Positions 12,905-25,330 of a DNA stretch of 64,000 bases are shown here, in pieces. The stretch comes from Malacoraja senta. Its lineage: Eukaryota. Both the position numbers and the translations under genes were made by a program. Location: the NCBI GenBank assembly GCA_038087875.1, contig CM075995.1, positions 8,434,001 to 8,498,000 of the forward strand. The letters are read 5' to 3'. Numbering within the stretch: position 1 is the first letter of the stretch; each line of letters starts with the position of its first letter. The notes under the pieces are model-generated. The model worked only from the letters and a program-made list of their open reading frames with translations, was not told the origin of the DNA and made no database searches.

Positions 12905-14318
12905 CACGAAGGAATTAAAAGTAACATCTCCAAGTTTGCGGATGACACAAAGCTGGGTGGCAGTGTGAGCTGCAAGGAGGATGCTATGCGGCTGCAGGGT
13001 GACTTGGATAGGTTGGGTGAGGGGGCAGATGCAGTATAATGTAGATAAATGTGAGGTTATCCACTTTGGTGGCCAGAACAGGAAGGCAGATTATTATCTG
13101 AATGGTGTCAGATTAGGAAAAGGGGAGGTGCAACGAGACCTGGGTGTCCTTGTTCAACAGTCACTGAAAGTAAGCACGCAGGTACAGCAGGCAGTGAAGA
13201 AAGCGAATGACATGTTGGCTTTCATTGCGAGAGGATTTGAGTTTAGGAGCAAGGACGTCCTCCGACATTTGTACAGGGAGACCGCATCTGGAGTATTGTG
13301 TGCAGTTTTGGTCTCCTAATTTGAGGAAGGACATTCTTGCTATTGAGGGAATGCAGCGTAGGTTCACCAGGTTAATTCCCGGGATGGCGGGACTGTCATA
13401 TGCTGAGAGAATGGGTCAACTGGGACGCTTATTTATTCTACATTTTCCTTGATCTCTCGTTTTCACACCTTACCCTTCCATATCTCCAAGAAGGAACTGC
13501 AGATGCAGGAACAATCGAAAGTAGACAAAAGGGGTGGAATGGGTAGCGTTTTGGGTCGAGACCCTTCTTCAGAAGGATCTCGACCCGAAACGTCACCCAT
13601 TCCTTCTCTCCAGAGATGCTGCCTGTCCTGCCGAGTTACTCCAGCATTTTGTGTCTGTCTTTAGCAACATTTGACGTCCCTCCTCATCACAAACGTATCA
13701 CTCTTCTTTAAAAATACCCATTGTCTCTATTGCCCCGTCAAAATTGCATTACGTTATGGCCTACGTAATACAAATAGTGTTCCTCAATTCATCTATCCTA
13801 ATTTGAGGAAGAACATTCTTGCTATTGAGGGAGTGCAGCGTAGGTTTACAAGGCTAATTCCCGGGATGGCGGGACTGTCATATGCTGAGAGAATGGAGCA
13901 GCTGGGCTTGTACACTCTGGAGTTTAGAAGGATGAGAGGGGATCTCATTGAAACATATAAGATTGTTAAGGATTTGGACACGCTAGAGGCAGGAAACATG
14001 TTCCCGATGTTGGGGGAGTCCAGAACCAGGGGCCACAGTTTAAAAATAAGGAGTAAGCCATTTAGAACAGAGACGAGGAAACACTTTTTCTCACAGAGAG
14101 TGGTGAGTGTGGAATTCTCTGCCTCAGAGGGCGGTGGAGGCAGGTTCTCTGGATGCTTTCAAGAGAGAGTTAGATAGGGCTCTTAAAAATAGTGGAGTCA
14201 GGGGACGGCAGGAACGGGGTACTGATTGGGGATGATCAGCCATGATCACATTGAATGGCAGTGCTGGCTCGAAGGGCCGAATGGCCTACTCCAGCACCTA
14301 TTGTCTATTGTCTATTGT
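12905..14318 (+). mobile_element. CR1 fragments (12905-13425 and 13795-14318) separated by a palindromic element and unique DNA
   Basis: KFADDTKLGG...NVDKCEVIHFG and RKNILAIEGVQRRFTR through the tail. Confidence 0.9.
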
Positions 14319-14917
14319 CAATCACATTTTATCCCTTTTGCATAATGGAAATAGTGTTATAGCAAAACTGCCTGTGTGATACTAAGTTTATAAATGATAG
14401 GAGCAGAATTAGGCCATTAGGCCCATCAAATCTACTCCGCCATCAAGTCTACTCCGCCATTCAACCGTGGCTGAGCTATCTCTCCCTCCCAACCCCATTC
14501 TGCTGCCTTCTCCCCATAACCCCTGACACCCGTACTAATTTAATCAATAATCTAAGGTAGACAAAAATGCTGGAGAAACTCAGCGGGTGAGGCAGCATCT
14601 ATGGAGCGAAGGATCACATTGAATGGCGGTGCTGGCTCGATGGGCCAAATGGCCTACTCCTGCACCTATTGTCTATTGAAATAGGGGACGTTTCGGGTCG
14701 AGACCCTTCTTCAGATAATCAATAATGTAGCTGTCTCTGCCTCGAAAACATCATCAAAACATCATTCCTAACTGTCACTCTATGCGTCATTCCTAAATGT
14801 CACAACTGTCACTGTGTGTCATGTTGTCACTTGCGGGCAGAGCACCAAGGCAAATTCCTTGTATGTGAATAGTGGGCCAATAAACGTATTCATTCATTCA
14901 AATAATGATGGTCTTAC

Positions 14918-15235
14918 CAGCCACGTATTTGTAACCACTTCACCCACTGTTGCGTCCACGCAGGTGCCCAATAACGGCACGACGGCAAAGTCTGCCACAG
15001 CTCGGCCGTGTGGTGGTAGAACCTGCCCACCGTTACCCTCAATTAGTTCAGCCATGTAGGCTTCATCTTCTTTGGTAAAGCCAAATATTAGAAATCGCTT
15101 TCCCCAAAAACAGTCCTTCGTCTGCAGTTCTCGTTTGGTTTACAGAAGTGCTTGCGGTCTGGTTATTTTCCAGCACGGTCTTGCGGAGGATGCCAGTTAC
15201 GTTACGGTCAGTTCTCTCCACGTTTTCAGGAACGT
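14918..15235 (-). CDS. TOPBP1: TOPBP1 coding exon (BRCT4) with an apparent +1 frameshift near 15100
   Basis: ...TADEGLFLG then, one base shifted, KRFLIFGFTKEDEAYMAELIEGNGGQVLPPHGRAVADFAVVPLLGTCVDATVGEVVTNTWL. cgcag| acceptor, |GTAAG donor. Length is 318 bp where phase requires 317. Confidence 0.92.
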
Positions 15236-15487
15236 CTGCGCGACGAGGAAAAAATAATGTAGTTAGCATTGATAATTTGTTGAAACGCAAGGGGGAAAAT
15301 CAGAGAGTTGGAAATGTTAACAGACAGACAAGAGAACAATTCAAAGTGCAAGCTGAAACCAAGGCGGATCGCAAGAAAATAACAGGACAGTGGCGCAGCG
15401 GTAGAGTTGCTGCCTCACCACGCCAGAGATCCTGACAAACGTTGACCTTTGTCATCTGTGTGCATTTTTTGATTGTGTGCTTTGTCG

Positions 15488-16024
15488 ATTGTGTGCAGTT
15501 TTGGTCCCCTAATTTGAGGAAGGACATTCTTGCTATTGAGGGAGTGCAGCGTAGGTTTACAAGGTTAATTCCCGGGATGGCGGGACCGTCATATGCTGAG
15601 AGAATGGAGCAGCAGGGCTTGTACACTCTGGAGTTTAGAAGGATGAGAGGGGATCTCATTGAAACATATAAGATTGTTAAGGGCTTGGACACGCTAGAGG
15701 CAGGAAACATGTTCCCGATGTTGGGGGAGTCCAGAACCAGGGGCCACAGTTTAAGAATAAGGAGTAAGCCATTTAGAACGGAGACGAGGAAACACGTTTT
15801 CTCACAGAGAGTGGTGAGTCTGTGGAATTCTCTGCCTCAGAGGGCGGTGGAGGCAGGTTCACTGGATGCTTTCAAGAGAGAGCTCGATAGGGCTCTTAAA
15901 AACAGCGGAGTCAGGGGCTATGGGGAGAAGGCAGGAACGGGGTACTGATTGGGATGATCAGCCATGATCACATTGAATGGCGGTGCTGGCTCGAAGGGCC
16001 TACTCCTGCACCTATTGTCTATTG
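15488..16024 (+). mobile_element. CR1 3' fragment
   Basis: Open CR1 ORF2 C-terminus to GEKAGTGY* plus the 3' UTR. Confidence 0.94.
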
Positions 16025-16294
16025 ACCTTGGGGCTAACGGAATCAGGGGATAAGGGGAAAAAGCAGGAACGGGGTACTGATTTTAGACGATCATCCATGA
16101 TCATAATGAATGACGGTGCTGGCTGGAAGAGCCGAATGGCCTACTTACTCCTGCACCTATTTTCTAAGTTTCTATCTATCTCTGCTTTAAATATATCCAC
16201 TGACTTGCCCTCCACAGCCTTCTGTGGCAAAGAATTCCACAGATTCACCCCCCCCCCTCTGACTAAAGAAGACAGTACAAGAATAGTTTCTCAC

Positions 16295-16545
16295 CTAGAG
16301 TGGCGTCGTTCTCCAGGTACTGCAGCAGGAGATCGTCGTCAGCCTGCTGCTCCTCCGCGGCGCAACGGGCTGCGGCTGCTTTCGATGCGTTACCGCCCTT
16401 CAGAGTGGAGTGCGTTTGGTCTCCGCTGCCGCGTCCGGGCACTGGAACGGCGGGCTGATAACCCGGGCAGAAGTACGGCTCCGCAGCAAGGAGACGTTTC
16501 TCGCAGAAGCAATCCACTAACCACTTTGCTGTAACCACGTGCGGC
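16295..16545 (-). CDS. TOPBP1: TOPBP1 coding exon (end of BRCT3)
   Basis: RPHVVTAKWLVDCFCEKRLLAAEPYFCPGYQP...QQADDDLLLQYLEND; ccag|G acceptor, G|GTGAG donor; 251 bp, phase 2 to 1. Confidence 0.95.
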
Positions 16546-18582
16546 CTGGCGCAGAGATGAGTCCCGTAAACATCATTCCATTCAACCGTTGCAATGAACA
16601 TGAATAAACATTCAAATCTCTACACAGGTAACTCTTTGCATTTTATTCCTCCAACCCGAAATGTAATTCTGTTCTCTTTTTACTGACGATTGTCTGGCCT
16701 GCTGAGTATTTACATCATGCCGTGTACATACATCTCTGACCCCTCTCACCCTGGCCACAAACCCTTTGAATCACTTCCCTCTGGAAGGCGACTCCGGACT
16801 GTCAAAGCTGCCACGGCCAGACATAAAAAACAGTTTTTATCCACGAGTAGTTGCTCTACTCAACAGCCAAAAATCTGTAGCCTCCCTTTGATCTGGTACT
16901 TTGTTGGTTCACATGCTTGATCAATGGTGTTTTATCATTAATGTTTTATTATTATTAATGTTTAGTGTTTTCTGAGTCATTCGTAACTGTCACTGTATGT
17001 CATTTTGTCACTTGTGGGCGGAGCACCAAGGCAAATTCCTTGTATGTGAATACTTGGCCAATAAACTGGTCCACCCCCTCCGCTAGCCCGGGCAAAATTA
17101 CCAGAGCGCACTTGAAATCCCCCCACCCTGAAATTGTGTTGCCTTGGCCAGGTGAGGCAACCGGTCGATCTCAACCTCATTGGGACTTCCGCGGCCGATC
17201 GGCGGGCCGAATATGCCCCCTGCGGCAGGGGCTCTGGACCTCCATCACGGCCGGAGCCGGCAGATCCGTTCTTGAAGGGATCTACAGGAGTCACTGCCTC
17301 AATAAAGCAGCCATCATCAGAGGCCCACACCACCCTACCACGCACTCATGTCACCCCTAACATCAAGGAAGAAGGCTTAGGAGCTGTATGACTCTATGGT
17401 GTAGAATACAATGCTTCTGAATGAAGTGACAGTCAGTCCTGGATAACAGTAGGATATTTATAATTTGGACGCAATCATTAAGAAAATATCTTTCCACTTT
17501 GGAACACGTACAACACAGATCCCACCAGCATGGATTGGGAATGAAAGGATTACATTTCTTGCACGCTCCACCATGCAGGACTTAAATAACACCATCAAAG
17601 GTTTAAGGACGCAGAGAATCTATTTTCTCTAGTGGCAGAATCCAGAACCAAGTCAACCATGCGGAAAATTAATTACCGCTTTACAAATACACCTCAGAGA
17701 TTCCGAATCTTGCGGTTATTTGATTTTGTTAGCTCAAGGTTAACCAAGTTAAACCAATTCAAGGCACATAATGTCAAAAGGTAGCGATGATCGAATCAAA
17801 TAGCTGACCATTCTCAAGGGATCCTGTTGCTATCATAGAGACATAGAATGATCCAGTGTGGAAACAGGCCCTTTGGCCCAACTTCCTCACACCGATCAAC
17901 ATTTCCCAGCTACACTAGTCCCACCTGTTTGCCACCCAATAAAGGGGAGGCCATTTAAGACTGAGGTGAGAAAAACCTTTTTCACCCAGAGAGTTGTGAA
18001 TTTGTGGAATTCCCTGCCACAGAGGGCAGTGGAGGCCAAGTCACTGGATGGATTTAAGAGAGAGTTAGATAGAGCTCCAGGGGCTAGTGGAGTCAAGGGA
18101 TATGAGGAGATGGCAGGCACGGGTTATTGATAGGGGACGATCAGCCATGATCACAATGAATGGCGGTGCTGGCTCGAAGGGTCTACATCTCGGTTATAGG
18201 GGACCGAGGCTCCCCGGTGCACCACACCCCACTGCCGCCAGTAACCTAGCGAGCTGGCGCCACGCGGCTTTGCTTCCGGTTGCGGGAGGGGAGAGAGCGA
18301 GCGGCGCAAGGGCGGCGTGTGTACCGGGCTCGTCCCCTGCGCACCCACCGCCTGTGGGGCCGGGGTCTCTGTGGCTCCCCGGAAATTATTTCCTTCGCTC
18401 CATAGATGCTGCCTCACCCGCTGAGTTTCTCCAAGCATTTTTGTCTACCCTACTCCTTGTGGTCTGTTATAATGCGAGCCTACTGTAGAGATTTAATGTG
18501 CAATTATATACAAATGCAATAATCGCATGCGATTGACTTCACGTTGGGTTGTTGTTGTACCGAGCGTGTGCGGCGACTGTAC

Positions 18583-18747
18583 CTGTGTAACAATTTGTTC
18601 AAACACTGCTTCAGCTCCTTGTCTTCCTCCCCCACGATGACGTGCGTGACGTCTTCAGAGGTTTGATTAAACCGAACCCCCACCTCCAAAGTTGATCATC
18701 CGCCTTAACTGGTCCAACTTTTTACCGCCAAATCCAGATAGATAGAT
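18583..18747 (-). CDS. TOPBP1: TOPBP1 coding exon (BRCT3) with an apparent +1 G frameshift at 18677-18681
   Basis: [23 protein letters not shown] / [32 protein letters not shown] versus human [40 protein letters not shown]. Length is 165 bp where phase requires 164. Confidence 0.94.
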
Positions 18748-18887
18748 CTGACAAATAGACATTCACACGTCAGATTTTTTTATACCGAAAAAAAAACCTT
18801 TGGACTTTGTAGATCAGTGTCGCTCATGCTATGAGTCCTACTGTGGCTCCGCCCACTGGTTTTTAAATAGAAAGCCCTTTTCCCTTT

Positions 18888-19548
18888 AGGGCCTGTGCCA
18901 CTTTCCCGAGCTATTCACAAATTCTCCTGAAGTTATTCACGAATTCTCCCGAGTTTTCAAACTCGCAGAATGTTCGTAACGAGTCTGTGATGTCTTGCTA
19001 TGATGTGTAATATATGTAACATGTATATAATGTTAAATGCCAGTGCAGGGCCTGTGATGTCTGTAAAATGGAGAGGGAGATGTGATGTCTTTGTAATGTA
19101 ATATATGTCATATATATTTATTGTGTAATCTAAATATATTGTGTAATCTAAAGTGGAAACTCGTGCCTGAGCCTCGGGACTGAGGTCAAATGACCTTCAT
19201 GATAAAAAGCAGTGATTGGAGAATAAACAGGCTCTTGACTCTTACTCTTTGTGCTAGTCACAACAGAGCCTTACATCATTCCGAAACCTTTACAGAGGCC
19301 GTAGGAGTCCGTGGATATATCGTAGCGGCTCGTTATGCCAGCCGTAGGTACTCGGGGCATCAGGTAAGTCGGGACGTTTTCCAGCCTGATGAAAATGTCC
19401 ACGAGTAAAAAATAGCCCGGAGCCGCTACGATATATCCACGGACTCCTACGGACTCTTTACCAACATTCTGCGAGTTTGAAAACTCGAGAGAATTCGTGA
19501 GTAGCTCAGGAGAATTCGTGAATAACTCGGGAAAGTGGGACAGGCCCT
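18888..19548. mobile_element. PIF/Harbinger-like MITE with a nested solo LTR
   Basis: Long TIRs AGGGCCTGT(G/C)CCACTTTCCCGAG... and ...CTCGGGAAAGTGGGACAGGCCCT, flanked by TTT on both sides. Confidence 0.75.
18986..19294 (+). mobile_element. Solo LTR (309 bp)
   Basis: TGTG...TACA termini, internal AATAAA and 5-bp flanks GAGTC/GAGGC. The MITE arm resumes exactly after it. Confidence 0.72.
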
Positions 19549-20031
19549 TTTCTCTCCCAGTCATGAGCTGTCTGTTAAGATGAAGTTACCTATGCTGTAT
19601 TGCTAATAAAACTCTTTGGATCCTAATCACTGTGTGCGAGTTAAGACAATCCAACATGGTGCAGAAAACACGACTCACTCCTTGGATCCTAAAAAAACAA
19701 CCAAAACAAAGAAAAAACCACCCACCATGTTGTATTGTCGTAACTCACACACAGTGAGTAGGATCCAGACTTTTTTATTCAGACTCATAGCATGGGTGAC
19801 CCCCGATCTACACACTTTAAACAATGGCTCCATAAACGGTGGCGCCCGCGTGTGTAAATAAATACGCACAAAGCATTTCACGCTGCGGTCGCACACGTGA
19901 CAAATAAATCATCTGGAATAACTCGGCACTTTGCGCCTTTATTTTGTAAACCAGCAGCTGCAGTTCCGTGCGTCTACAATTTACCTCTCCACAGATGCTG
20001 CCTGACGCGCTGAGTTGCTCCAGCATTTTGC

Positions 20032-20133
<102 letters not shown>

Positions 20134-20295
20134 AATGCTCTTTAAATGTTCATGTTCCTAAAGTTATAGGAGCAAAATTATGCCATTGGTCCATCAAGTC
20201 TACTCCGCCATTCAAATCGTAAGGTCGTAAGCAATAGGAGTGGAATTAGGCCATTCGGCCCATCAAGTCTACTCCGCCATTCAATCATGGCTGAT

Positions 20296-21050
20296 AATAG
20301 ACAATAGGTGCAGGAGCAGGACACTTGGCCTCTCGAGCCAGCACGGCCACTCAATGTGATCATGGCTGATCATCCCCAAATCAGTACCCCGTTCCTGCCT
20401 TCTCCCCATATCCCCTGACTCCGCTATTTTTTAAGAGCCCCTATCTAGCTCTCTCTTGAAAAGCATCCAGAGAACCTGCCTCCACCCGCCCTCTGAGGCA
20501 GNNNNNNNNNNNNNNNNNNNNNNNNNNNNNNNNNNNNNNNNNNNNNNNNNNNNNNNNNNNNNNNNNNNNNNNNNNNNNNNNNNNNNNNNNNNNNNNNNNN
20601 NNNNNNNNNNNNNNNNNNNNNNNNNNNNNNNNNNNNNNNNNNNNNNNNNNNNNNNNNNNNNNNNNNNNNNNNNNNNNNNNNNNNNNNNNNNNNNNNNNNN
20701 NGCTCTGTACAACTGCAGAAGGACCTCTTTGCTCCTATACTCGACTCCTCTTGTTTGTAACGGCCAACATGCCATTCGCTTTCTTCACTGCCTGCTGTAC
20801 CTGCATGCTTACTTTCATGGACTGATGTACAAGGACCCCCAGATCCGTGTTGTACTTCCCCTTTTCCCAACTTGACGCCATTTAGAGAGTAATCTGCCCT
20901 TCCTGTTTTTGATACCAAAGTGGATAACCTCACATTTTATCCACATTAAACGTCATCTGCCATGCATCTGCCCACCTCCCCAACCCGTCCAAGTCCACCC
21001 TGCATTCTCATAGCATCCTCCTCACAGTTCACACTTGCCACCAGGTTTTG
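20296..21050 (-). mobile_element. CR1 sequence on both sides of the gap (same strand, collinear)
   Basis: The left flank is the 3' UTR and ORF2 end; the right flank is upstream ORF2 (EYRSKEVLLQLY). Confidence 0.92.
20502..20701. other. Assembly gap (200 N)
   Basis: Run of exactly 200 N. The flanking sequence, especially 20702-24000, is rich in small indels. Confidence 1.
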
Positions 21051-21310
21051 TGACATCCCAAAGACGTGCGGGTTTGATAGGTTAATCGGCCCTCTGTAAA
21101 AATGTCTCAAGTGTGTAGGGAGTAGATGAGAAAGTGGGATAACATAGAACTAGTGTGAACGGTCGCGATCGCGATGGTTTGCTGTGGGCTGTCAGCGTCT
21201 GGACCATGCTGCATTTTTCAATCCTTTCATCAGACTATAAGTTTCAAGACGACACAGACCAGGTTCAGTCTTAGTGCCTGGAGACTGGATTATATATATT
21301 TAAATATATA

Positions 21311-21833
21311 TCTTGCTATTGAGGGAGTGCAGCGCAGGTGTAAAAGGTTAATTCCCGGGATGGCGTGGGACTGTCATATGCTGAGAGAATGGGAGCGGGG
21401 CTGGGCTTGTACACTCTGGAGTTTAGAAGGATATGAGAGGGGGATCTCAGTGAAACATATAAGATTGTTAAGGGTTTTGGACACGCTAGAGGCAGGAAAC
21501 ATGTTCCCGATGTTGGGGGAGTCCAGAACCAGGGGCCGCAGTTTTAAGAATAAGGAGTAAAGCCATTTAGAACGGAGACGAGGAAACACTTTTTTCACAC
21601 AGAGAGAGTGGTGTGAGAATTCTCTGCCTCCGGAGGGACGGTGGAGGCCGGTTTCTCTGGATGCTTTCAAGAGAGAGAGCTAGATAGGGCTCTTAAAAAA
21701 TAGCGGGAGTCAGGGGATATGGGGAGAAGGCAGGACGAGGTGGTACTGATTGGGGATGATCAGGCCATGATCACATTGAATGGCGGTGCTGGCTTGAAGG
21801 GCCAAATGGCCTCCTCCTGCACCTATTGTCTAT
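21311..21833 (+). mobile_element. CR1 3' fragment (many 1-2 bp insertions)
   Basis: Aligns by eye with the 15488-16024 copy, with frequent extra bases. Confidence 0.9.
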
Positions 21834-21926
21834 TAACTTTCTAATCATTTTAAAGATTAAACAGTAAATTAGTTGAACGTTTCTGGGAAAGCAACATCAG
21901 GGAGGTAGAAATTATAGAAGTGTGTG

Positions 21927-22240
21927 GCACGGGTGGCGCAGCGGTAGAGTTGCTGCCCTCACACAGCGCCAGAGACCCGGGTTTCCATCCCTGACTACGG
22001 GCGCTGTCTGTACGGAGTTTTGCACGTTCTCCCTGTGACCTGCGTAGGGTTTTCTCCCAGGAGCTCTGTGTTTTCTCCCACACTCCAAAGACGTGTAGGT
22101 TTGCAGGCCAATTGGCTTGGTAAGATTGTAAATTGTTCCCTGGTGTGTGTGTAGGAACGTGTTAGTGTACGGGGATGGCTGGTCGGCGCGGACTTGATGG
22201 GTGGAAGGGCCAGTTTCCTCGCTGTATCTCTAAACTACAC
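21927..22240 (+). mobile_element. HE1-like SINE
   Basis: Same tripartite structure as 37746-38050. Confidence 0.85.
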
Positions 22241-22270
22241 TATAGAGTTCAGAATCAAAACACCACTCAC

Positions 22271-22328
22271 CTCAATAATAGCTTTCATTACTAAACCAGC
22301 GCCTTTCACGATAGGCCATGGAAGGGTG
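22271..22328 (-). CDS. DNAJC13: DNAJC13 coding exon (last seen before the gap) with an apparent +1 insertion
   Basis: HPSMA / IVKGAGLVMKAIIE versus human HPSMAIIKGAGLVMKAIIE; ttag| acceptor, |GTGAG donor; 58 bp instead of 57. Confidence 0.92.
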
Positions 22329-22431
22329 CTAAGGATGAAGAAAGATTGAAGTAAAATTGGTTACCGAAATCTTTCAACGCATCAAAACCTGCAAATTCAT
22401 TACAGACACAACATTAAAATGGATTAGTAAT

Positions 22432-22756
22432 AGCCCTGTCCCACTCGGTGCGAGTTCATTCCAAAGAGCTCTCCCCGAGTTAAAAGAAAATCAAACTCGT
22501 GGTAAGCACGGAGAATGAATGTAGCGGGTACGTCGGAAGCTCTGGGGACGTCTCTTAGCGGCTTGTAACGCTAATGGCAGGTACTCGGGAAGACTCGCCA
22601 ACGGCAGGTAAGCACGGGAAGAGACTCGTGAAGATTTTTTCAACATGTTGAAAAAATGTCCACGAGAGCCCCGAGTACCGACGAGCGGCCATTACCGTAA
22701 ATCAGGGCAAACTCGGGAGAGCTCTTGGAATGAACTCGTACCTTGGGACAGGGCTT
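22432..22756. mobile_element. Harbinger-like MITE
   Basis: TIRs AGCCCTGTCCCA...GAGTTCATTCCAA.GAGCTCTCCC and their reverse complement; related ends at 24330 and 63854. Confidence 0.72.
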
Positions 22757-23044
22757 TAAGAATTTTACTTCAAAGGCTAATCTTGATCTAAATTATCTGC
22801 ACTCAGTCGCAGTCAGCGTTTCATTTGCAGCATCATCAAGGACCCACTCCACCCTGGCCATGCTTTCATCTCACCCCTGCCATCGGGACGAAGGTACAGG
22901 AGCCTGAAAACTGTAACGTCCAGGTTCAGGGACAGCTTCCTCCCTACAGCCATCAGGCTGTTAAACACGAAGAAACCTCCAAATGAGCTGCGAACTACAA
23001 CAGGCTTGGGGGACATTGCTTTTGGCCTTTGCACTATTATTGCT

Positions 23045-23730
23045 ATAGCAGGCAGTGAAAGCAAGCTAATGGCATGTTGGCCCTTCATAACGAGAGGATT
23101 GGAGTATAGGAGCAAAGAGGTCCTTCTGCAGTTTGTACAGGGCCCTGGTGAGACCACAACCAGAGTATTGTGTGCAGTTTTGGTCTCTCCTAATTTGCGG
23201 AAGGAACATCCTTGCCTATTGAGGCAGTGGCAGCGTAGGTTCACCATGCGTTAATCCCCGGGATGGCGGGGACTGTCATATGAGGAAAGATTGGAAAGAC
23301 TGGGCTTGTATTCACTGGAATTTAGAAGGATGAGAGGGAGATCTTATAGAAACGTTATAACATTATAAAAGGACTGGACACGGTAGATGCAGGGAAAAAA
23401 ATGTTCCCAATGTTGGGGGGAGTCCAGAATCAGAGGCCACAGTCTAAGAATATAGGGAAGGCCATTTAAAACTGATGAGAACAAACTTTTTCACCCAGAG
23501 AGCTGTGAATCTGTGGAATTCTCTGCCACAGAAGGCAGTAGAGGGGCAACTCACTGGATGAATTTAAAAGAGAGTTAGATAGAGCTCTAGGGGCAAGCAG
23601 AATCAAGGGATATGGGGGAGATGGCAGGCACGGTTTACTGATTGTGGATGATCAGCCATGATCACAAATGAATGGCGGTGCTGGCTCGAGGGGCCGAATG
23701 GCTTCCTGCTGCAGCCTATTTTCTATGTTT
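23045..23730 (+). mobile_element. CR1 3' fragment
   Basis: FITRGLEYRSKEVLLQ through the tail; indel-rich. Confidence 0.9.
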
Positions 23731-23998
23731 CAATCGTTTTTTTAAATTATTCATTATGTTTATTTTTTAATGGCATCAACAGACGTGTAGGTATCGTCGG
23801 CTGGTGCGGGCTCGGTGGGCCAAAGGGCTGGTTTCCGTGCTAGATCGCTAAAATAAACGAAACGAAACTAAAACCTAATTATACCGTTGGTTTGCAAACT
23901 AGGCTGATGTCCCTGGGACTGCAAAAAAAAAAAAAAACTCAAGTCCTGTGGGCTCCAATATATTCCAGAGCAAGCCCGAGAGAGAGAGAGAGAGAGAG

Positions 23999-24197
23999 CT
24001 ACGTTTACTACAAGGCGACAAAGCACAAGGGAATGACTCACCTGGAAAAGTTTGAACAAGGTCCTGCCGACTTCTGCCACCATTTCCAACAACATGTCTA
24101 CGTTTACTACAAGGCGACAAAGCACAAGGGAATGACTCACCTGGAAAAGTTTGAACAAGGTCCTGCCGACTTCTGCCACCATTTCCAACAACATGTC
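23999..24197 (-). repeat. Perfect 99-bp tandem duplication of a DNAJC13 exon 3' end plus donor
   Basis: acgtttactacaaggcg... starts at both 24001 and 24100. Confidence 0.98.
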
Positions 24198-24296
24198 AAA
24201 CTGCTGACCTTCCGTGGTCTCGCTGTACGGTGCGCAGAGTGCAAAGGTAAGAAAATCTAGGAGGGAACTAATCACCAGTGCACCCGTCCCGTGGTC
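24141..24296 (-). CDS. DNAJC13: DNAJC13 coding exon
   Basis: [52 protein letters not shown]; gcag| and |GTGAG; 156 bp. The donor is duplicated 99 bp downstream. Confidence 0.97.
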
Positions 24297-25330
24297 CTGC
24301 AGGGGGTGGGAAGAAAACCAGACGGTTAAAGGGCCTGTCTCACTAACGCGACCTTTACAGGCGACTGCCGGCACCCGTCATAGGTGGCCGAAATGTTCAA
24401 CATGTTGAAAATTCAGCGGCGACCAGAAAGACGCAACGACTCTTTGGAGACCTGGCACGACCATACAGGCGACGCCCTGGCGACATGTCGCGGGAGACCT
24501 CTCACGACCATAGGAGACCTCTCACGACCATACAGCCTAGAAGGTTGGTACTTTTCTAATTCAAAATAAAGAAAGCTGAAGAACTCAAGGCAGTACAGGG
24601 TTTGAAACGTCACCGATTTATTTTCTCCAGAGATGCAGCCATTGAGGTTACCACTGAATTGTGGCTTGAGAACTCTTCTTTAAACGGGCTCTAGACATCG
24701 TCTTAAGCCAGCTCGATACACCATTCAGTGGACACCAGCAACTACCGATAAGAGTCATACAACGTGGAAACAGGCCCTTCGGCCCAACTTGCCCACACCG
24801 ACCAACATGCCCCATCTACACCAGTCTCAATCGACAATAGGTGCAGGAGTAGGCCATTTGGCCCTTCGAGCCAGCACCGCCATTCACTGTGATCATGGCT
24901 GATCATCCACATTCAGTACCCCGTTCCTGCCTTCTCCCCATACCCCCTGACTCCGCTATCTTTAAGAGCTCCATCTAACTCTCTCTTGAAAGCATCCAGA
25001 GAATTGGCCCCCACTGCCTTCTGAAGCAGAGAATTGCACAGAGTCACAACTCTCTGGGTGAAAACGTTTTTCCTCATCTCCGTTCTAAATGGCTTACCCC
25101 TTATTCTTAAACTGTGGCCCCTGGTTCTGGACTCCCCCAACATCGGGAACATGTTTCATGCCTCTAGCGTGTCCACTCCCTTAATAATCCCCTCTCATAC
25201 AAGAGTATACAGGCCCAGCCGCTCCATTCTATCCACATATGGCAGTCCCACCATCCTGGGAACTAACCTCGTGAACATGCCTGCGTTTGGCCCATATCCC
25301 TCTATCCATGTACCTGTCTAATTGCTTCTT

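Noticed and set aside
24098..24140. New intron between the first donor and the TAG at the duplication junction
   Set aside because: It would be only about 43 nt and out of phase, so alternative donor use is the only plausible splicing outcome.
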